A stretch of 64,000 nucleotides of DNA, from the NCBI RefSeq assembly GCF_009914755.1, contig NC_060939.1; one strand, 5' to 3'. This stretch comes from the human T2T-CHM13v2.0 reference genome, Homo sapiens. Under the pieces are notes generated by a model, which saw nothing but the letters and a program-made list of their open reading frames with translations, was not told where the DNA came from and did no database searches. Both the position numbers and the translations under genes were made by a program. Shown in pieces: positions 55,801 to 64,000 of the stretch; positions within the stretch are counted from its first letter, which is position 1; each line of letters begins with the position of its first letter.

Positions 55801-58800
55801 TTCGATTCCATTCCATTCGATTCCATTCCATACTATTGCATTCCATTCGATTACATTATATTCGAATAAGTTCCATTCAAGACCATTTCTTTTGAGTCCA
55901 TTCTATTTGAGTCCATTCCCTTTGATTCCATAACATTTGAGTCCATTCAATTCCATTCCTTTCGTTTCCATTCCATTTGATGCCATTCCATTCAATTCTG
56001 TTCTACTCGACTCCAATACATTCAATTCCATTCCATCCGATTCCATTACATTCTTTTCATTTCTTATCCATTTCAAGCCATTCCACTCCATTCCATTCCA
56101 CTCGTTTCCTTTCCATTCGAGTCCATTCCTCTCCAGTCCATTCCGTTCAATCCATTCCATTCCAGTCCATTCCATTCGAGTCCGTTCCATTCCAGTCCAT
56201 TCCATTCGAGTCAATTCCATTCCATTCGATGTCTTTCCATAACGATCCATTCCATTCTATTCCTTTCGATTCCATTCCATTCTATTTCATTCCATTCGAT
56301 TCCCTTCCATTGGACTCCTTTCCATTCGAGTGCATTCCATTCCGTTCCATTTCTTTCCGTTCTGTACGATTCCTACCGTTCGATTTCATTTTGTTCCAGT
56401 CCATTCCTTTCGCGTCCATTCCATTCCATTTCACTCCATTCGATTCCATTCCACTCGATTCCACTTCGTTCCATTTCATTGCATTCCATTCTATTCAACT
56501 CTATTGCCTTCCATTCCATTCCATTCGATTACATTCCATGCGATTCCATTCGAAATCGAATCAATTACATTGCAAACCATTACTATTGAGTCCGTTTTAT
56601 TCCAGTCCACTGCATTCTGGTCCATTCCATTTGATTCCATTCCATTCTATTCCATTCCATACAGTTGCATTCCATTGGATTCCATGCTATATCTATAAAT
56701 TCAATTCGAGACCATTGCTTTTGAGTCCATTCTATATGATTCCATTCCATTCAAGTCCATTACATTTGGTTCAATTCCATTCCATTCCATTCCCTTTCAT
56801 TCCATTCCATTTGATATCAATCCATTCGATTCCATTCCATTCGAGCACATTCCATTCGAGTCCATTCCATTCGATGCCATTCCATTTGATTCTATTCCAT
56901 TAGTCTCCATTCAATTCCATTAATCTCCATTCCATTCCATTCTACTCCTACTGATTCAATTCCATTCGATTCCTTTCCATTCCATTTCATTCCATTCCAT
57001 TCCATTTCATTCCATTCCATTCCATTCGTGTCCATTCCACTCCAGTCCATTCCATTCGTGTCCATTCCATTCCAGTCCATTCCATTTGTGTCCACTGCAT
57101 TCCATTCCACTCCATTCCATATTATTCCATTACACTCCATTCCATTCTATTACTTTCATTTCCATTCAATTCCATTCCATTTGATTCCATTCCACTCGGT
57201 TTCATTCCATTTGAGTCCACTCCATTCCATTCCATTAAATTCCATTCAGTTCCATTCCATTCCGTTCCATAACATTCCATTCCATTCGGTACCATTACAT
57301 ATTGTTCCATTCGATTCCATTCGAATCCATTCCATTCCAGTCCATTCCATTCGATTCCATTCCATTCATTTCAATTCCATTCCATTCCATTCCATTCCAT
57401 TCCACTTGATTCCTCTCCATTCCCTTCCACTGCATTCCGTTCGATTCCATTCCATTGCATTGCATTCCATTCCATTGGATTGCATTCCATTCGATTCCAT
57501 TCCATTCGAATCAATTACATAGCAATCCATTACATTCGAGTCTATTCTATTCCGTTCCATTCGATTTCGTTCCAATCCATTCGATTCCATTCCATTCGAT
57601 TCCATTCCATACTATTGCATTCCATTCGATTACATTATATTCGAATAAGTTCCATTCAAGACCATTTCTTTTGAGTCCATTCTATTTGAGTCCATTCCCT
57701 TTGATTCCATAACATTTGAGTCCATTCAATTCCATTCCTTTCGTTTCCATTCCATTTGATGCCATTCCATTCAATTCTGTTCTACTCGACTCCAATACAT
57801 TCAATTCCATTCCATCCGATTCCATTACATTCTTTTCATTTCTTATCCATTTCAAGCCATTCCACTCCATTCCATTCCACTCGTTTCCTTTCCATTCGAG
57901 TCCATTCCTCTCCAGTCCATTCCGTTCAATCCATTCCATTCCAGTCCATTCCATTCGAGTCCGTTCCATTCCAGTCCATTCCATTCGAGTCAATTCCATT
58001 CCATTCGATGTCTTTCCATAACGATCCATTCCATTCTATTCCTTTCGATTCCATTCCATTCTATTTCATTCCATTCGATTCCCTTCCATTGGACTCCTTT
58101 CCATTCGAGTGCATTCCATTCCGTTCCATTTCTTTCCGTTCTGTACGATTCCTACCGTTCGATTTCATTTTGTTCCAGTCCATTCCTTTCGCGTCCATTC
58201 CATTCCATTTCACTCCATTCGATTCCATTCCACTCGATTCCACTTCGTTCCATTTCATTGCATTCCATTCTATTCAACTCTATTGCCTTCCATTCCATTC
58301 CATTCGATTACATTCCATGCGATTCCATTCGAAATCGAATCAATTACATTGCAAACCATTACTATTGAGTCCGTTTTATTCCAGTCCACTGCATTCTGGT
58401 CCATTCCATTTGATTCCATTCCATTCTATTCCATTCCATACAGTTGCATTCCATTGGATTCCATGCTATATCTATAAATTCAATTCGAGACCATTGCTTT
58501 TGAGTCCATTCTATATGATTCCATTCCATTCAAGTCCATTACATTTGGTTCAATTCCATTCCATTCCATTCCCTTTCATTCCATTCCATTTGATATCAAT
58601 CCATTCGATTCCATTCCATTCGAGCACATTCCATTCGAGTCCATTCCATTCGATGCCATTCCATTTGATTCTATTCCATTAGTCTCCATTCAATTCCATT
58701 AATCTCCATTCCATTCCATTCTACTCCTACTGATTCAATTCCATTCTATTCCTTTCCATTCCATTTCATTCCATTCCATTCCATTTCATTCCATTCCATT

Positions 58801-61800
58801 CCATTCGTGTCCATTCCACTCCAGTCCATTCCATTCGTGTCCATTCCATTCCAGTCCATTCCATTTGTGTCCACTGCATTCCATTCCACTCCATTCCATA
58901 TTATTCCATTACACTCCATTCCATTCTATTACTTTCATTTCCATTCAATTCCATTCCATTTGATTCCATTCCACTCGGTTTCATTCCATTTGAGTCCACT
59001 CCATTCCATTCCATTAAATTCCATTCAGTTCCATTCCATTCCGTTCCATAACATTCCATTCCATTCGGTACCATTACATATTGTTCCATTCGATTCCATT
59101 CGAATCCATTCCATTCCAGTCCATTCCATTCGATTCCATTCCATTCATTTCAATTCCATTCCATTCCATTCCATTCCATTCCACTTGATTCCTCTCCATT
59201 CCCTTCCACTGCATTCCGTTCGATTCCATTCCATTGCATTGCATTCCATTCCATTGGATTGCATTCCATTCGATTCCATTCCATTCGAATCAATTACATA
59301 GCAATCCATTACATTCGAGTCTATTCTATTCCGTTCCATTCGATTTCGTTCCAATCCATTCGATTCCATTCCATTCGATTCCATTCCATACTATTGCATT
59401 CCATTCGATTACATTATATTCGAATAAGTTCCATTCAAGACCATTTCTTTTGAGTCCATTCTATTTGAGTCCATTCCCTTTGATTCCATAACATTTGAGT
59501 CCATTCAATTCCATTCCTTTCGTTTCCATTCCATTTGATGCCATTCCATTCAATTCTGTTCTACTCGACTCCAATACATTCAATTCCATTCCATCCGATT
59601 CCATTACATTCTTTTCATTTCTTATCCATTTCAAGCCATTCCACTCCATTCCATTCCACTCGTTTCCTTTCCATTCGAGTCCATTCCTCTCCAGTCCATT
59701 CCGTTCAATCCATTCCATTCCAGTCCATTCCATTCGAGTCCGTTCCATTCCAGTCCATTCCATTCGAGTCAATTCCATCCCATTCGATGTCTTTCCATAA
59801 CGATCCATTCCACTCTATTCCTTTCGATTCCATTCCATTCTATTTCATTCCATTCGATTCCCTTCCATTGGACTCCTTTCCATTCGAGTGCATTCCATTC
59901 CGTTCCATTTCTTTCCGTTCTGTACGATTCCTACCGTTCGATTTCATTTTCTTCCAGTCCATTCTTTCGCGTCCATGCCATTCCATTTCACTCCATTCGA
60001 TTCCATTCCACTCGATTCCACTCCGTTCCATTTCATTGCATTCCATTCTATTCAACTCTATTGCCTTCCATTCCATTCCATTCGATTACATTCCATGCGA
60101 TTCCATTCGAAATCGAATCAATTACATTGCAATCCATTACTATTGAGTCCGTTTTATTCCAGTCCACTGCATTCTGGTCCATTCCATTTGATTCCATTCC
60201 ATTCTATTCCATTCCATGCAGTTGCATTCCATTGGATTCCATGCTATATCTATAAATTCAATTCGAGACCATTGCTTTTGAGTCCATTCTATATGATTCC
60301 ATTCCATTCAAGTCCATTACATTTGGTTAAATTCCATTCCATTCGGTTCAATTCCATTCCATTCCATTCCCTTCCATTCCATTCCAGTTGATATCAATCC
60401 ATTCGATTCCATTCCATTCGAGCACATTCCATTCGAATCCATTCCATTCGATGCCATTCCATTTGATTCTATTCCATTAGTCTCCATTCAATTCCATTAA
60501 TCTCCATTCCATTCCATTCTACTCCAACTGATTCCATTCCATTCTATTCCTTTCCATTCCATTTCATTCCATTCCATTCCATTCCATTCCATTCGTGTCC
60601 ATTCCACTCCAGTCCATTCCATTCGTATCCATTGCATTCCAGTCCATTCCATTTGTGTCCACTGCATTCCATTCCACTCCATTCCATATTATTCCATTAC
60701 ACTCCATTCCATTCTATTACTTTCATTTCCATTCAATTCCATTCCATTTGATTCCATTCCACTCGGTTTCATTCCATTTGAGTCCACTCCATTCCATTCC
60801 ATTCCATTCAGTTCCATTCCATTCTGTTCCATTCCATTCCGTTCCATTACATTCCATTCCATTCGGTACCATTCCATATTGTTCCTTTCGATTCCATTCG
60901 AATCCATTCCATTCCAGTCCATTCCATTCGATTCCATTCCATTCATTTCAATTCCATTCCATTCCATTCCATTACATTCCACTTGATTCCTCTCCATTCC
61001 CTTCCACTGCATTCCGTTCGATTCCATTCCATTGCATTGCATTCCATTCCATTGGATTGCATTCCATTCGATTCCATTCCATTCGAATCAATTACATAGC
61101 AATCCATTACATTCGAGTCTATTCTCTTCCGTTCCATTCGATTTCGTTCCAATCCATTCGATTCCATTCCATTCGATTCCATTCCATACTATTGCATTCC
61201 ATTCGATTACATTATATTCGAATAAGTTCCATTCAAGACCATTTCTTTTGAGTCCATTCTATTTGAGTCCATTCCCTTTGATTCCATAACATTTGAGTCC
61301 ATTCAATTCCATTCCTTTCGTTTCCATTCCATTTGATGCCATTCCATTCAATTCTGTTCTACTCGACTCCAATACATTCAATTCCATTCCATCCGATTCC
61401 ATTACATTCTTTTCATTTCTTATCCATTTCAAGCCATTCCACTCCATTCCATTCCACTCGTTTCCTTTCCATTCGAGTCCATTCCTCTCCAGTCCATTCC
61501 GTTCAATCCATTCCATTCCAGTCCATTCCATTCGAGTCCGTTCCATTCCAGTCCATTCCATTCGAGTCAATTCCATTCCATTCGATGTCTTTCCATAACG
61601 ATCCATTCCATTCTATTCCTTTCGATTCCATTCCATTCTATTTCATTCCATTCGATTCCCTTCCATTGGACTCCTTTCCATTCGAGTGCATTCCATTCCG
61701 TTCCATTTCTTTCCGTTCTGTACGATTCCTACCGTTCGATTTCATTTTGTTCCAGTCCATTCTTTCGCGTCCATTCATTCCATTTCACTCCATTCGATTC

Positions 61801-64000
61801 CATTCCACTCGATTCCACTTCGTTCCATTTCATTGCATTCCATTCTATTCAACTCTATTGCCTTCCATTCCATTCCATTCGATTACATTCCATGCGATTC
61901 CATTCAAAATCGAATCAATTACATTGCAATCCATTACTATTGAGTCCGTTTTATTCCAGTCCACTGCATTCTGGTCCATTCCATTTGATTCCATTCCATT
62001 CTATTCCATTCCATACAGTTGCATTCCATTGGATTCCATGCTATATCTATAAATTCAATTCGAGACCATTGCTTTTGAGTCCATTCTATATGATTCCATT
62101 CCATTCAAGTCCATTACATTTGGTTAAATTCCATTCCATTCGGTTCAATTCCATTCCATTCCATTCCCTTCCATTCCATTCCAGTTGATATCAATCCATT
62201 CGATTCCATTCCATTCGAGCACATTCCATTCGAGTCCATTCCATTCGATGCCATTCCATTTGATTCTATTCCATTAGTCTCCATTCAATTCCATTAATCT
62301 CCATTCCATTCCATTCTACTCCAACTGATTCCATTCCATTCTATTCCTTTCCATTCCATTTCATTCCATTCCATTCCATTCCATTCCATTCCATTCCATT
62401 CGTGTCCATTCCACTCCAGTCCATTCCATTCGTATCCATTCCATTCCAGTCCATTCCATTTGTGTCCACTGCATTCCATTCCACTCCATTCCATATTATT
62501 CCATTACACTCCATTCCATTCTATTACTTTCATTTCCATTCAATTCCATTCCATTTGATTCCATTCCACTCGGTTTCATTCCATTTGAGTCCACTCCATT
62601 CCATTCCATTCCATTCAGTTCCATTCCATTCTGTTCCATTCCATTCCGTTCCATTACATTCCATTCCATTCGGTACCATTCCATATTGTTCCATTCGATT
62701 CCATTCGAATCCATTCCATTCCAGTCCATTCCATTCGATTCCATTCCATTCATTTCAATTCCATTCCATTCCATTCCATTACATTCCACTTGATTCCTCT
62801 CCATTCCCTTCCACTGCATTCCGTTCGATTCCATTCCATTGCATTGCATTCCATTCCATTGGATTGCATTCCATTCGATTCCATTCCATTCGAATCAATT
62901 ACATAGCAATCCATTACATTCGAGTCTATTCTATTCCGTTCCATTCGATTTCGTTCCAATCCATTCGATTCCATTCCATTCGATTCCATTCCATACTATT
63001 GCATTCCATTCGATTACATTATATTCGAATAAGTTCCATTCAAGACCATTTCTTTTGAGTCCATTCTATTTGAGTCCATTCCCTTTGATTCCATAACATT
63101 TGAGTCCATTCAATTCCATTCCTTTCGTTTCCATTCCATTTGATGCCATTCCATTCAATTCTGTTCTACTCGACTCCAATACATTCAATTCCATTCCATC
63201 CGATTCCATTACATTCTTTTCATTTCTTATCCATTTCAAGCCATTCCACTCCATTCCATTCCACTCGTTTCCTTTCCATTCGAGTCCATTCCTCTCCAGT
63301 CCATTCCGTTCAATCCATTCCATTCCAGTCCATTCCATTCGAGTCCGTTCCATTCCAGTCCATTCCATTCGAGTCAATTCCATTCCATTCGATGTCTTTC
63401 CATAACGATCCATTCCATTCTATTCCTTTCGATTCCATTCCATTCTATTTCATTCCATTCGATTCCCTTCCATTGGACTCCTTTCCATTCGAGTGCATTC
63501 CATTCCGTTCCATTTCTTTCCGTTCTGTACGATTCCTACCGTTCGATTTCATTTTGTTCCAGTCCATTCCTTTCGCGTCCATTCCATTCCATTTCACTCC
63601 ATTCGATTCCATTCCACTCGATTCCACTTCGTTCCATTTCATTGCATTCCATTCTATTCAACTCTATTGCCTTCCATTCCATTCCATTCGATTACATTCC
63701 ATGCGATTCCATTCGAAATCGAATCAATTACATTGCAAACCATTACTATTGAGTCCGTTTTATTCCAGTCCACTGCATTCTGGTCCATTCCATTTGATTC
63801 CATTCCATTCTATTCCATTCCATACAGTTGCATTCCATTGGATTCCATGCTATATCTATAAATTCAATTCGAGACCATTGCTTTTGAGTCCATTCTATAT
63901 GATTCCATTCCATTCAAGTCCATTACATTTGGTTCAATTCCATTCCATTCCATTCCCTTTCATTCCATTCCATTTGATAACAATCCATTCGATTCCATTC
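43900..64000 (+). repeat. 6-unit tandem duplication, offset 10766 bp, second copy runs off the window end
   Basis: Anchors 45171, 46950, 48729, 50527 and 52334 each recur exactly 10766 bp later. Private variants are shared, e.g. GATAAC (EcoRV loss) at 53210 and 63976. Confidence 0.93.

Larger units (their letters stand above)
1..64000 (+). repeat. Satellite III (HSat3) array of diverged (CATTC)n/(GGAAT)n pentamers, C-rich strand on +
   Basis: Every line is CATTC/TCCAT pentamers with typical variants (TCGAT, TCGAG, TCCAG, TTGAT, TGCAT, TACAT). The CATCATCGAATGG/GATGATTCCATTCG motifs typical of HSat2 are absent. There is no strand switch and no non-satellite insert. Confidence 0.98.
1..64000 (+). 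repeat. D15Z1: Probable D15Z1 / HSat3A5 (1.8-kb KpnI satellite III of chr15p)
   Basis: The period is 1.8 kb with one KpnI site (GGTACC) per unit, e.g. 1373-1378, 3186-3191 and 62672-62677. D15Z1 is known as a 1.8-kb KpnI satellite III repeat. The assignment rests on recalled properties, not a database search, and related arrays can occur on other acrocentric short arms. Confidence 0.75.
17..64000 (+). repeat. Tandem ~1.8-kb repeat unit, 35 complete copies plus 1 partial
   Basis: The anchor (CATAACAT)TTGAGTCCATTCAAT recurs at 17, 1796, 3614, 5427, 7206, 9019, 10827, 12620, 14418, 16226, 18034, 19847, 21660, 23468, 25281, 27094, 28892, 30710, 32513, 34297, 36105, 37922, 39734, 41542, 43354, 45171, 46950, 48729, 50527, 52334, 54118, 55937, 57716, 59495, 61293 and 63100. 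Spacings are 1779-1819 bp, and landmarks (CTGTACG, TTTCGCG, CTATAAAT, GATATC, GGTACC) keep the same order. Confidence 0.97.

Noticed and set aside
17-63861. Hundreds of ORFs up to 308 aa (FHSIP-rich on +, MEWNG-rich on -)
   Set aside because: They are direct translations of (CATTC)n/(GAATG)n, which lack stop codons in all frames. Frames are freely broken by 1-bp and 5-bp indels between units, and there is no domain, splice or codon evidence.
1-64000. CRISPR-like repeat/spacer or diversity-generating system
   Set aside because: There are no unique spacers and no cas or reverse transcriptase genes. Variation between units is shared by descent.
1-64000. DYZ1 (Yq), chr9 HSat3 or HSat2 identity
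   Set aside because: The period is 1.8 kb with no strict alternation giving ~3.6 kb as in DYZ1. The variant-rich KpnI unit is unlike the simpler chr9 array, and HSat2 diagnostic motifs are absent. This was not verified by a database search.
1-64000. Embedded transposon, inversion or unique island
   Set aside because: All 35 anchor spacings are 1779-1819 bp, leaving no room for an insert, and the + strand stays C-rich throughout.

Overview
The whole 64 kb window is one uninterrupted block of human-type Satellite III (HSat3). It consists of diverged (CATTC)n pentamers on the + strand, organised into 35 complete head-to-tail copies plus one partial copy of a ~1.8-kb unit (1779-1819 bp). Each unit I checked carries one KpnI site, which best matches the D15Z1/HSat3A5 array of the chromosome 15 short arm. 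I found no genes, RNA genes, transposons, inversions or unique sequence. All listed ORFs are artefacts of translating a stop-poor pentamer repeat, and I see no evidence for a new protein- or RNA-coding system. The informative signal is the array's internal architecture. The unit appears to be an ancient ~0.9-kb dimer. There are two interleaved unit subfamilies and three pentamer-phase classes. Several recent multi-unit tandem duplications are visible (offsets 5410, 7207, 5434, ~5437 and 10766 bp), along with mosaic units, one slippage hotspot and clustered multi-base substitutions. Units are numbered U1-U36 from the TTGAGTCCATTCAAT anchor at position 17. All comparisons were made by eye and from ORF-track offsets, not by computed alignment.
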